From IMG/VR virus record IMGVR_UViG_3300042477_000769: 64,000 bases of DNA. One strand, written 5' to 3'. The stretch is from a virus. Taxonomy: Duplodnaviria; Caudoviricetes. The position numbers were made by a program, and so were the translations under genes. Below the pieces are notes generated by a model. The model saw nothing but the letters and a program-made list of their open reading frames with translations, was not told where the DNA came from and did no database searches. Positions 37,348 through 46,845 of the stretch are shown here, piece by piece; position 1 is the stretch's first letter, and every line of letters begins with the position of its first letter.

Positions 37348-38124
37348 ATGTACTACTTATCTAGCTGTTCAATTGTTAAAAATGAATACCCTTATATTTT
37401 AGAGTTTTACCACATCCATAAGTTTTTAGGGGTAGAATTTTTCTTGTTTTTTGACCGTTCGGTCGAAGGGCCGCCTTTAACTGAATTATTTAAAGGTCAT
37501 GCTGACGTAGAAGTCATTCATTATCCTGAACCTAATCGGCATGCTCATGCGTGGAGAGATGGGGTGAAGTATTTTCAGGGGAAATCGAAGTGGGTGCAGT
37601 TTGTGGACATAGATCAAGTGGTGGTCCCTGTGCGCTCCCCTGATCTCAAAACCATGCTTCAAGATTACGAGCAAAACCCTGCTCTTGGATTAAACTGGCA
37701 CAGTTTTGGGGGCAATGGTTTAGAGCAAGAACCTGCTGGCCTCTCTACTTATGAAGCATATACTAAACGAGCGGATGGTCAAGCACCCATTAATAACCAT
37801 ATACAATCTATTGTACAAGTAGAACATGCAGAAGTTATTAATTGGAGTGATCCTCATCATCCGCCATTAAAATATGGCAAATGTCAATTTAATGAAAGAA
37901 AAGAAGCCTTTCGAGGACCATTTAATATACCTTCTTCCCAAGAAGTAGGATTTATTGCTCATTACTATACTCGTAGTAAAGAATATTGGGATAAAAAATG
38001 TGCAAAGTTGCGAGCGGATACTGGCACAGTAGGTTCACTGCCGGCAGAATATGATCATCATCAATCCTATATGAATGTCTTTGAAGATCAAACGGTAGCC
38101 AATATTTGGCGTCAAATCAAATAA
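37348..38124 (+). CDS. GT-A fold glycosyltransferase
   Basis: SIVKNE, FVDIDQ (DxD), HYYTRS. Confidence 0.75.
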   Translation: MYYLSSCSIVKNEYPYILEFYHIHKFLGVEFFLFFDRSVEGPPLTELFKGHADVEVIHYPEPNRHAHAWRDGVKYFQGKSKWVQFVDIDQVVVPVRSPDLKTMLQDYEQNPALGLNWHSFGGNGLEQEPAGLSTYEAYTKRADGQAPINNHIQSIVQVEHAEVINWSDPHHPPLKYGKCQFNERKEAFRGPFNIPSSQEVGFIAHYYTRSKEYWDKKCAKLRADTGTVGSLPAEYDHHQSYMNVFEDQTVANIWRQIK

Positions 38125-38158
38125 TCAATTATCATATCGATAACATCATATAATATAC

Positions 38159-38857
38159 ATGGATCCTAATAATAAATATTCTCAAATGCAACAAGATCAA
38201 TATGATAATCAGGCTAATGTCTGGACTACTGATTATCGAGACCCGGTGGTTGGCTCTTTTGATAGCCATAATAATTGGCCAGATTATGATAACTACTTAT
38301 TCAAGGGGTTTGATACAAGTAATAAGATTGCTTTAGATTTTGGTTGTGGGCCAGGAAGAAATATTGTTAAATTTTCTTCTCTTTTTAAGAGAATAGATGG
38401 GGCAGATATTTCAGATATTAATTTAAAAAATGCTAAAATATGGTGTCAACACAATAATGTGGCTGTTCCATTACTATTTAAAAACAATGGGGTGGATTTA
38501 AGTAATATTTGTCATGAACTATATGATATCGTTTTTAGTACTATCTGTTTGCAGCATATTTGTGTTCATGAAATAAGATTCAATTTAATGAAAGAGTTTT
38601 ATCGAGTCTTGAAGCCTGGAGGATCTGTGTGTTTACAAATGGGTTTTGGTCCAGGTCATCCTATGACAGTAGGATATTATGAAAATTATTATGATGCTCC
38701 AGGTACTAATAGTGCTTGTGATACTCGGGTAGACTCGACAGATGAATTAAAAAATGATTTAGAATCAATTGGTTTTCATAGTTTTAATTTTGATCTTCGC
38801 CCAACTGGGCCTGGAGATAGTCATGATAATTGGATCTTTTTCCGAGCCACTAAATGA
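38159..38857 (+). CDS. Class I SAM-dependent methyltransferase
   Basis: LDFGCGPGR, RVLKPGG. Confidence 0.88.
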   Translation: MDPNNKYSQMQQDQYDNQANVWTTDYRDPVVGSFDSHNNWPDYDNYLFKGFDTSNKIALDFGCGPGRNIVKFSSLFKRIDGADISDINLKNAKIWCQHNNVAVPLLFKNNGVDLSNICHELYDIVFSTICLQHICVHEIRFNLMKEFYRVLKPGGSVCLQMGFGPGHPMTVGYYENYYDAPGTNSACDTRVDSTDELKNDLESIGFHSFNFDLRPTGPGDSHDNWIFFRATK

Positions 38858-39288
38858 TTAAAATATCTCATCGGGGCAACATTACTGGGCCCAATCCAGA
38901 GTTAGAGAACCATCCAAATTATTTATTACAAGCCATTAATCATGGATTTCAGGTAGAAGTAGATGTCTGGTTTGTTAATAATCAATTTGTGTTAGGTCAT
39001 GATGAGCCGCAATATGAAGTTACCCCGCAATTTATTATGAATTCTCATTTTTGGCAGCATGCTAAAAATATAGAAGCTTTATTACAGATGTTATTGTTAG
39101 ACCGCAATTTAATAAATTGCTTTTATCATCAGACAGATGATGTCACTTTAACTTCCCAGGGGTGGATTTGGACTTATCCGGGCAAGTATATTACTGGGCA
39201 ATCTATTGCCGTGATGCCAGAAACAGTTAGTAATTGGGATATCTCTCACGCTGCTGGAGTTTGCACTGATTATCCATATTTATTCTAA
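38854..39288 (+). CDS. Minimal GDPD/PLC-like phosphodiesterase
   Basis: ISHRGN, EN, EVDV, LGHD, GVCTD. Confidence 0.75.
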   Translation: MIKISHRGNITGPNPELENHPNYLLQAINHGFQVEVDVWFVNNQFVLGHDEPQYEVTPQFIMNSHFWQHAKNIEALLQMLLLDRNLINCFYHQTDDVTLTSQGWIWTYPGKYITGQSIAVMPETVSNWDISHAAGVCTDYPYLF

Positions 39289-39343
39289 ATGTTAGCCATA
39301 GATATCTATGACTAGGGCCATATTTATCTTAAAGTGAGATTTT

Positions 39344-40714
39344 ATGGCTATTAAGATCATAATTGCAGATATGGATGGGGTGCTAATCGATTTAAGAGAG
39401 CTTCACTTTGAAGCGCTGAATCAAGCTTTAGCCACGGTAGATGAAAAATACAGGATCTCTATAGACGAGCATGTCAAAATATTTGATGGTTTATCCACCA
39501 AAAAGAAATTAAAGATGTTATCTGACATGAAAGGGTTTCCTGCAGATAAATATGAAGAAATCAATGAACTAAAACAAAAATTTACTATTGAATTATTAGA
39601 AAATTTTAGTAACATTAATGGAGAAATAGTTAATACTATTACTAAATTAACCCAAGAGGGTTATAAATTTTATGTAGCTTCTAATGCGGTAAGAAGAACC
39701 ATCGAATTAGTACTGGAAAAATTAGGGATTACGCATTTAGTAGACAAATTATATTCTAATCAAGATGTTATTAATCCTAAACCTAATCCGGAAATTTATT
39801 TAAAATGTATTTCTGAGGCTGGTGTGTCACCAGATGAAGCATTAATTATTGAAGATTCTAAACATGGACGTCAAGCCGCTGTTAAATCGGGAGCCCATGT
39901 TTGTGGAGTAGATAATAGTTTTGATTTTACCTATGAACGTATCAAAATGATGTTAGAAACTGCTCAGCCTAAACCAGTGAAATGGGCTGGTAAGTCAGAT
40001 GTTACGGTGTTAATACCGATGGCAGGAGCTGGCTCTAGATTTGCCAAATGTGGATATCAACTACCTAAGCCATTAATTGATGTTAATGGGAAGCCAATGA
40101 TTCAAAGGGTAGTAGAAAACCTAAATATAGATGCTCAGTATATTTTTGTGGTACAACAAGAGCATTATCAAAAATATAATTTATCTACCTATTTATCTTT
40201 AATTGCTCCTGGTTGTACAATTATCCAAACTAATGGGCTGACTGAAGGCGCAGCCTGTACTACTTTATTGGCTAAAGAATTTATTAATAATTCCAGGCAC
40301 TTATTAATTGCTAATTCTGATCAATTAGTAGAATGGGATAGTTGTGATTTTATGTATAATATGTTGTCGGATGACGCAGATGGTGGGATTCTGACATTTT
40401 ATGCAGAAGACACTAAATGGTCGTATGTTAAATTAAATGAACAAGGTTATGCGTGTGAAGTGGCGGAGAAAAAAGTTATTAGTCACGAAGCTAGCTGTGG
40501 TATCTATTATTGGAAAAAAGGTTCGGAATATGTTAGATTAGCCGAAGAAATGATTGCTAATAACATTAGAGTTAATAATGAGTTTTATGTGTGTCCAGTA
40601 TATAATCAATTATTTGCTATTAATGGTAAAGTTAAAGTATACCGAGCTAATAATATGCATGGTTTAGGTACACCTGAAGATTATCAGCATTACTTAAACA
40701 AGTGTGGGCAATAA
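39344..40714 (+). CDS. HAD phosphatase fused to sugar-phosphate nucleotidyltransferase
   Basis: DMDGVL, KPNP, IEDS; IPMAGAGSRF, PKPLI, ANSDQ. Confidence 0.85.
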   Translation: MAIKIIIADMDGVLIDLRELHFEALNQALATVDEKYRISIDEHVKIFDGLSTKKKLKMLSDMKGFPADKYEEINELKQKFTIELLENFSNINGEIVNTITKLTQEGYKFYVASNAVRRTIELVLEKLGITHLVDKLYSNQDVINPKPNPEIYLKCISEAGVSPDEALIIEDSKHGRQAAVKSGAHVCGVDNSFDFTYERIKMMLETAQPKPVKWAGKSDVTVLIPMAGAGSRFAKCGYQLPKPLIDVNGKPMIQRVVENLNIDAQYIFVVQQEHYQKYNLSTYLSLIAPGCTIIQTNGLTEGAACTTLLAKEFINNSRHLLIANSDQLVEWDSCDFMYNMLSDDADGGILTFYAEDTKWSYVKLNEQGYACEVAEKKVISHEASCGIYYWKKGSEYVRLAEEMIANNIRVNNEFYVCPVYNQLFAINGKVKVYRANNMHGLGTPEDYQHYLNKCGQ

Positions 40715-40717
40715 ATT

Positions 40718-42238
40718 ATGGCTTTTGATGGTAAATATTTAGATTGGAATCAAAAAAGAATTAAAGGAATAATTGATTATTTTGGTCATCAATCTATTTT
40801 TGGCAAAAAAGTTTTAGATTTAGGTTGTGGTTATGGTGATATTAGTGGAGCTTTATATCGATTAGGCGCAGAAGTAACTGCGGTGGATATACGACAAGAA
40901 CATTTAAAAATAACTGCTAAAAAGTTTCCTGGCATTAAGGTGGTAAAAGCAGACTTAGATGTTAATTGGCCTTTTGTTGGTAAAAAGTTTGATATTGTTT
41001 TAGATTTAGATTTAGTCTGTCATTTATTTGATTATGAGGCTCATTTGAAATCAGTATGCTCTTCTGCTGATCATCTGGTTTTAGATACTGCAGTATGTGA
41101 TTCAGATGATCCATATAAGAGCGTCTTAGTAGAAGAGAATAAAAATATTTATGATATGTCTGGTAATGGTCGTGGATGTCGTCCTAGTCCAGCAGCCATT
41201 GAAAGAGTATTAAAAGCCTGCGGCTTTACTTTTACTCGTCTTGATCAAGCTAAATTTAATTCGGGACCCTATATTTATAATTGGAGCCCGACTAATGATG
41301 GGAGTCATTCTCCTAATAAAAGACGACTCTGGTTTGCTGTCAAAAATCAACACTTACAACCAGCGTTACCAACACCGCCCACTGAAACTTCTCCCGCACC
41401 ATTTAATATGGTACCTAAAACATCTAATGTTTTGCAAAATAGCAATATTTTTCTTCCTGGATTTTTAATGAATCAACAAAAAGAATCAACTGATAATAAA
41501 CTAGATAAAAAACCCAAAGTAGCATTATGTATTTCTGGGCATTTAAGAACTTTTGAGTCTAACTTTAAAACAGTCAAAGAGCACATTCTAGATAAATTAG
41601 ATTGCGATGTGTTTATTCACACTTGGAATACTTTAGGAACTCCTGCTAGACCTGGGGATTCTAATTTATATATAGCTGATACCAATCGATATGCAAATAT
41701 CATACAACAAATGTACCAGCCTAAAAAGTTTATTATTGAAAATAGTAAACAATTTGAAATAACTCCCATTATGCATCAACAAAGCCGTGAACATAGAGAT
41801 ATTCCTGGGATGTTATCTATGTTTTATAAAATAGAGGAATGTAATAAGATTAGGAAAGAATATGAACAAGAATACAATATTAAATATGATTTCGTTGTTA
41901 GATTCCGAGGCGACCTCTGGATGGAAAGTCCGTTACCAATCGATACTAGAACTACTGCTAACCATTTATATTTGCCAATTTTCGGTCATTTTGGCGGTGC
42001 TTGCGACCAAATAGCTTTCGGTAGCCCAGAAATTATGGATAAATACTCTTGTATGTTTTCTAATTTTGAAAAACATTTACATGCTGGATGTATTGTTAAT
42101 CCAGAAAAAATGTTATTATTTCATTTGGATCGAATGGGCGTGCCAATTGCTAAAGCTCCCATTAAATTTGTTATTAGAAGAGCGAATGGTTTAGTTCAGG
42201 ATAATATGTTGTTAGAAAAAGCTTGGGGATGGATTTAG
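40718..42238 (+). CDS. Methyltransferase fused to putative glycosyltransferase-like domain
   Basis: LDLGCGYG; Pro-rich linker; ALCISGHLR, DVFIHTW, RFRGD. Confidence 0.7.
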   Translation: MAFDGKYLDWNQKRIKGIIDYFGHQSIFGKKVLDLGCGYGDISGALYRLGAEVTAVDIRQEHLKITAKKFPGIKVVKADLDVNWPFVGKKFDIVLDLDLVCHLFDYEAHLKSVCSSADHLVLDTAVCDSDDPYKSVLVEENKNIYDMSGNGRGCRPSPAAIERVLKACGFTFTRLDQAKFNSGPYIYNWSPTNDGSHSPNKRRLWFAVKNQHLQPALPTPPTETSPAPFNMVPKTSNVLQNSNIFLPGFLMNQQKESTDNKLDKKPKVALCISGHLRTFESNFKTVKEHILDKLDCDVFIHTWNTLGTPARPGDSNLYIADTNRYANIIQQMYQPKKFIIENSKQFEITPIMHQQSREHRDIPGMLSMFYKIEECNKIRKEYEQEYNIKYDFVVRFRGDLWMESPLPIDTRTTANHLYLPIFGHFGGACDQIAFGSPEIMDKYSCMFSNFEKHLHAGCIVNPEKMLLFHLDRMGVPIAKAPIKFVIRRANGLVQDNMLLEKAWGWI

Positions 42239-42924
42239 TGAAAATTGCTATTTGTTTATCTGGACATTTAAGAAAATTTGATCAAACTGCTGCGAGTTTA
42301 TTCAAATTTCTGGCCGTAGGCCATGAATATGATATTTTTATTCATACTTGGGACTATATGGGCTATAGTTGTTTATATAAAACAGATAATACCCAAGATA
42401 TTACTCAAAAATATTTAACAAGAATTGAGCAACTTTATCATCCTAAGAAAATAGTAATTCAAAATTCTTTATTTTTAGAAGAACTGAAATTAGACAGCAT
42501 GCAGTATGCGCCACATTTAATTAATGTGCCAAAACCTGTGTGGCACATGTCTAGCATGTTTTATAAAATATATGCGGCCAATGAATTAAGAAAACTGTAT
42601 CAGTTAGAAACCGGAACTAAATATGATTGGGTAATCCGCTGTCGACCCGATCTATTATTTCATGGGCTGACTCATTTACCTACCGAATTTATTCCCCAAA
42701 ATATTTATTTGCCTTCACATTTATGTGGTCATAACTGGTTATGCGATCAATTTGCTATTGGCATGCCCGATGATATGGACTTATATTCCTCTTTTTTCTT
42801 TGATATTCCTGAATATTTTAAAGCCCAAAAAGAATATCGCCCTGAAGTATTTATGAGTCATTGTATGAATTTTAAAAAATTAAACCCAGTTATGTGGGGT
42901 TGTCATTTTTCAATATTACGATAA
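42223..42924 (+). CDS. Putative glycosyltransferase-like protein, paralogue of the preceding C-terminal domain
   Basis: AICLSGHLR, DIFIHTW, RCRPD, CDQFA. Confidence 0.65.
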   Translation: MGMDLVKIAICLSGHLRKFDQTAASLFKFLAVGHEYDIFIHTWDYMGYSCLYKTDNTQDITQKYLTRIEQLYHPKKIVIQNSLFLEELKLDSMQYAPHLINVPKPVWHMSSMFYKIYAANELRKLYQLETGTKYDWVIRCRPDLLFHGLTHLPTEFIPQNIYLPSHLCGHNWLCDQFAIGMPDDMDLYSSFFFDIPEYFKAQKEYRPEVFMSHCMNFKKLNPVMWGCHFSILR

Positions 42925-42949
42925 TTGTGAGTTATATTAAGTAAATAAT

Positions 42950-43723
42950 ATGTCTAATAAATTAAAAGATAGAATTGCTTCGTATTATGAAGCCAGCGAC
43001 TATCGATTACTTAATCGAGTTCCGCTTATTATTTGCTTAAATGGAAGGAATTTTTCTAAAAATACCGAGTTATTAGATAAGCCCTTTTGTAACATTTTTT
43101 CTGAATGTATGATTTCTACCACTTTACGATTATGCTCTGAAGTAGAAGGCTGTATTTTTGCCTATCAACATAATGATGAAATTGTGTTAGCTCTTCGTAA
43201 TGATCAAAATAACGAGACTGCTCCTTGGTATGATAATAAATTACAAAAAATATGTTCCTTAACGGCAGCCATTTCTTCTTTGCATTTTTTAAATGCTAGT
43301 TTACAGGCAGAATTAAACTTGATAGGAAACCCTATTTTTCTATCTCAAGTATTTGTAGTCCCTAATGTGGTAGAGGCCATTAATACCTTAATTTTAAAAC
43401 AACAGCAAAATTTTCATACTTCGATTCAATTTGCTTGCTTTTATGAATTATTAAAAAAATATGACAAACATAACATTAAAGACATGTTAAATGGTTTAAG
43501 TATTGATGAAAAAATTGATCTGTTAAAACAAGAAGTGGATATTGATTTTAATAGTTATCCTCTGGCTTTTCGAAGAGGCGTGGCTTGTTATAAAGTCCCT
43601 CGTATTACTAATGATGGTTCTACTAAAAATAAATGGACCATTAACCATGAATTACCTATTTTTACTAAGGATCAGTCCTTCTTGTCAAATATTTTTAAAA
43701 ATGGCGCCGATATTTTTAGGTAA
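42950..43723 (+). CDS. tRNA-His guanylyltransferase (Thg1)-like protein
   Basis: LNGRNFS, YQHNDEI, KLQKICS. Confidence 0.75.
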   Translation: MSNKLKDRIASYYEASDYRLLNRVPLIICLNGRNFSKNTELLDKPFCNIFSECMISTTLRLCSEVEGCIFAYQHNDEIVLALRNDQNNETAPWYDNKLQKICSLTAAISSLHFLNASLQAELNLIGNPIFLSQVFVVPNVVEAINTLILKQQQNFHTSIQFACFYELLKKYDKHNIKDMLNGLSIDEKIDLLKQEVDIDFNSYPLAFRRGVACYKVPRITNDGSTKNKWTINHELPIFTKDQSFLSNIFKNGADIFR

Positions 43724-43743
43724 ATTTTAAAAAATATCCGCCC

Positions 43744-43771
43744 TTGACATCGGGTAATATCGCGTTATATT
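43744..43771 (+). promoter_or_regulatory. Sigma70-like promoter for tmRNA
   Basis: TTGACA-16 nt-TATATT. Confidence 0.7.
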
Positions 43772-43816
43772 AGAAAGGCTCTAATTGCTCCATAAACAGA
43801 GCAAAGACGAGGCTAT

Positions 43817-44169
43817 GGGGATAATATAGATTCGACGTAGTTTGACATAATAGTATGCAGGTCCCTGATGATTGCCAGAGGGTTAACACAGCAATCAACG
43901 TATAAATGCTAACGATAATGCATTTGCTCCACAAGCTCTTGTAGCTTGATTGGATAGTCTAAGAAGAGATTTCTTTGGTATTCTACTAGGCTATTAACCA
44001 CTAAAGATAGATGTAATCTTGGTTACGGATGTTACATTAAATTACACAGTATCTAGCCGGGATGGGCGAATCCAAACAATGTTGATTAGTACATTAAACT
44101 AATCTAAACTTGTGAATGAATTCTATTTATGGATAATTGCGGACGGTGGGGCAGTGCCACCTATCTCCG
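43817..44169 (+). ncRNA. ssrA: tmRNA, tag (A)ANDNAFAPQALVA
   Basis: GGGGATA/TATCTCC acceptor with G3-U, GATTCGAC, tag ORF 43908-43949 after ATAAAT, T arm GGTGG-ggcagtg-CCACC. Confidence 0.92.
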
Positions 44170-44215
44170 CTATTAATTTCTCATCATCTCCACTCAAAGT
44201 GATATATAGTTTCTT

Positions 44216-44765
44216 ATGATGAGTGAGAAAACTATTGAAATTACTTGCACTACTTGTGGAAAACAATTTAACAAAGCATTAAGAGAATATAATCGCCAAA
44301 TTAAAAGAGGTAATTCTAGATTTTTTTGTAATTTGAAATGTACAGCAATTACTCGCAATAAAGAAAATCCACAACCTGGAAATCTTCAAAATTTAATTGC
44401 TATAATCGACGAGACGATTATACTCCATTTAGATGGTTTGTGAATCGTGGGAAATATCGCTCTAAAAAAAGGGTAGATATGATTGTGATATAACGGTTGA
44501 ATACCTGAAAGAACTTTGGGATATTCAACAGGGAATTTGTCCTATAACTGGTTGGACTTTGATTTTACCTCAAAATTCATCGTATCCTTGGGCGAATAAA
44601 AATCCAGCTAATGCCAGTTTAGATAGAATTAATAATACTTTAGGTTATATCAAAAATAATGTGAGATTTGTTGCTGTAATTGCTAATTTAGCCCGCCAAG
44701 ACTATGCTGATAAACAAGTTTTATATTTCTGTCAATCTGTAGTTAATAATTTAGAATCAAAATGA
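44216..44765 (+). pseudogene. HNH-type endonuclease with two frameshifts
   Basis: CTTC...FCNLKC, then DITVEYLKELW...CPITG, ASLDRINN in successive frames; breaks near 44400 and 44470. Confidence 0.7.
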
Positions 44766-45064
44766 ATTTAGCTAAACAATTAAGAATTTCTTATCATTTG
44801 GCTCATTGTGAACCTATAGTTCACAAATTGCGAGAACATAAAGAATTGGATTTGGACGAAAAGTCCTGGGTCCTTAATTTGTTTTGTACGAATAATGACA
44901 ATAAAGATAGTGGAAAAATTTCCTTTCTTTTGTACGCAGATAATAAAAATGAAGCTCAGTCCTTATAGATTTTATCTAATAAGATAGAAGACAAAGAGAT
45001 TTTATCTGATGAAGATTGGCGTTTTATTTTGAATGGTGTATTGCGCTATCTCCACAAATTCTAA
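44762..45064 (+). pseudogene. Hypothetical gene with in-frame TAG (44966-44968)
   Basis: 31 more protein-like codons follow in frame up to TAA 45062. Confidence 0.45.
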
Positions 45065-45071
45065 CTGAAAG

Positions 45072-45431
45072 TTGAAACGTAAAATGCATAAAGTATATGC
45101 TGTTGGTGTAATTCACGCCGAATTAATAGATAATCGGGACCCTAAAGAACCCGTCTGGAAGATTCAATCTTCTAGATTATGGTCATTATTTTCTTCTTTT
45201 GAAATGGCACAGAATAAAATTCTCCATAATTATGGGGATATTTTTGAAAATTATTATAATTTTGGATTAATTGAAGAAATTACTTTGGCCGATTCGGTAA
45301 ACCAGCAAGGTAGTTACCCTACACCACCGCAATGGTGGTATCAGGCTTCTGTAGTAGAAGATAATTGTTTGATTATACCTATTCCTCGACCCAACATGAA
45401 CTGTCAAATTGAATGTTTTTTAGTCGGCTAA
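45072..45431 (+). CDS. Hypothetical protein
   Basis: 119 aa ORF. Confidence 0.6.
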   Translation: MKRKMHKVYAVGVIHAELIDNRDPKEPVWKIQSSRLWSLFSSFEMAQNKILHNYGDIFENYYNFGLIEEITLADSVNQQGSYPTPPQWWYQASVVEDNCLIIPIPRPNMNCQIECFLVG

Positions 45432-45472
45432 TTTCCATTTGTATAAAAAAATAACACAGCGTTAATATTGCT

Positions 45473-46039
45473 ATGAGTAAAGTTTTTACTGATTTTAAAT
45501 CATTTTACGATTATATTCCTGACTGCTTACTCTGTCATCATCCATTACTATTTTATATCAGTGGTTGGGATCATAACTTAAGGAGTTATGCTACCTATAA
45601 TTTTAAATTAGAAAATAATCAATTACGAGCTAGATTGAATAATACAAATGACGATTCTATCATTATAGATTGCTCTAGTAATCAAATTATTGAAAATGAA
45701 GTCAAAATTATTAACATGAGCGGCTCACCAGCTATTTCTGTTTATAAAAAATGTAAAAAATGTAAATTTCACATCTATGCTAGACTAATAAATAATGAAA
45801 TTATTCTTCTCTTTGAAGAAATTGAATATTATTCTAATAAAGATCCTGGAAAACTATCGTATTTTTTATATTTAAAAAATGTTTATTTTAAAACTTCCAC
45901 TTCTAATGATATGGATTGCTCTTATATTACTTTAAAACCTGGTAAAAGAATGAAGATTCGAATGCCCATTGATCTGTCAGAAGTACAATCGTTACGTCAA
46001 TTAAAGAAAAAAATTGACACCGTACTAACCTTACTATAA
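45473..46039 (+). CDS. Hypothetical CxxC protein, probable paralogue of 10799
   Basis: FYDYIPDCLLC, CKKC, PIDL...KKKIDTVLTLL. Confidence 0.7.
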   Translation: MSKVFTDFKSFYDYIPDCLLCHHPLLFYISGWDHNLRSYATYNFKLENNQLRARLNNTNDDSIIIDCSSNQIIENEVKIINMSGSPAISVYKKCKKCKFHIYARLINNEIILLFEEIEYYSNKDPGKLSYFLYLKNVYFKTSTSNDMDCSYITLKPGKRMKIRMPIDLSEVQSLRQLKKKIDTVLTLL

Positions 46040-46095
46040 TTAGATATATATATTTAGTATGTTCAACAGATATTTATAGATTTTTGCTCGCGGTC

Positions 46096-46148
46096 CTCCT
46101 AAGTCGGTAACTTTTCTCAACGTAAAGATGTTACCATTTAACTAGGAG
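46096..46148 (+). promoter_or_regulatory. Hairpin sequestering the SD of ORF 46156
   Basis: CTCCT(A)AGT pairs with ACTAGGAG; inner GGTAAC/GTTACC. Confidence 0.5.
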
Positions 46149-46155
46149 CTTAACT

Positions 46156-46506
46156 ATGCATTATTTAAATAGCCATAAATCTAAATTATTATTAATTAGT
46201 CAAATTAACGGACTAACTTTAACCTCTAAAAAGAATAAAAGAAAACTGATCAAAGCTAAAACTGTTTCTAATCAAGGCTTTTTCTGTTCGGAAAAAAGAT
46301 ATATTAAAAAAATAATTCGTCATTATTTATTAGCTTATGCGTTTTTAGAACAAAAATCATATAAATCAGTAGAGAGAAGCTGTAAAGAACAACCCTCTGC
46401 TTCCGAAATATTTGAAATAATTAAACAATTAGGCTTGGTCAAAAATAATAATATTTCTCAACAATCCATCCAACAATGGATGTCGAAATCGGAGGAAAAT
46501 ATATGA
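46156..46506 (+). CDS. Hypothetical basic protein
   Basis: AGGAG SD; RHYLLAYAFL. Confidence 0.7.
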   Translation: MHYLNSHKSKLLLISQINGLTLTSKKNKRKLIKAKTVSNQGFFCSEKRYIKKIIRHYLLAYAFLEQKSYKSVERSCKEQPSASEIFEIIKQLGLVKNNNISQQSIQQWMSKSEENI

Positions 46507-46532
46507 GTTATTAGATCCGACCGACCGATAAA

Positions 46533-46835
46533 TTGTATATTATTATTCGCACTGATTTGACTCCAGGTCAAAAATTAGCTCAAGCTTGTCATGTAGCTTT
46601 TTCTTTCTGTCAAGAAAATCAGGAAGTTACTCATCATTGGATAAATATTTCTAATTATATCTGCCTCTTAGAATCTAATAATATCGAACATTTATTTGAT
46701 CAAGCTAAAATGTGGAACATTAAATGTTCCTCTTTTAGAGAGCCAGATTTAGATTATATGATGACGGCATTAGCCTTAGAACCTGGACCACTAACTAAAA
46801 AATTGTGTAATAAACTACCATTAGCTCTCAAATAG
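46533..46835 (+). CDS. Peptidyl-tRNA hydrolase 2-like protein
   Basis: IIIRTDL..GQKLAQACH, FREPDL...TALAL. Confidence 0.75.
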   Translation: MYIIIRTDLTPGQKLAQACHVAFSFCQENQEVTHHWINISNYICLLESNNIEHLFDQAKMWNIKCSSFREPDLDYMMTALALEPGPLTKKLCNKLPLALK

Positions 46836-46845
46836 AAAGAAAAAT

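Noticed and set aside
44455-44480. Programmed -1 frameshift in the HNH gene
   Set aside because: A7 run is not phased as a canonical slippery heptamer, and a second upstream frameshift is also needed
44966-44968. TAG recoding (alternative genetic code)
   Set aside because: TAG ends gene 5571 where paralogues use TAA/TGA, and long genes are intact in code 11
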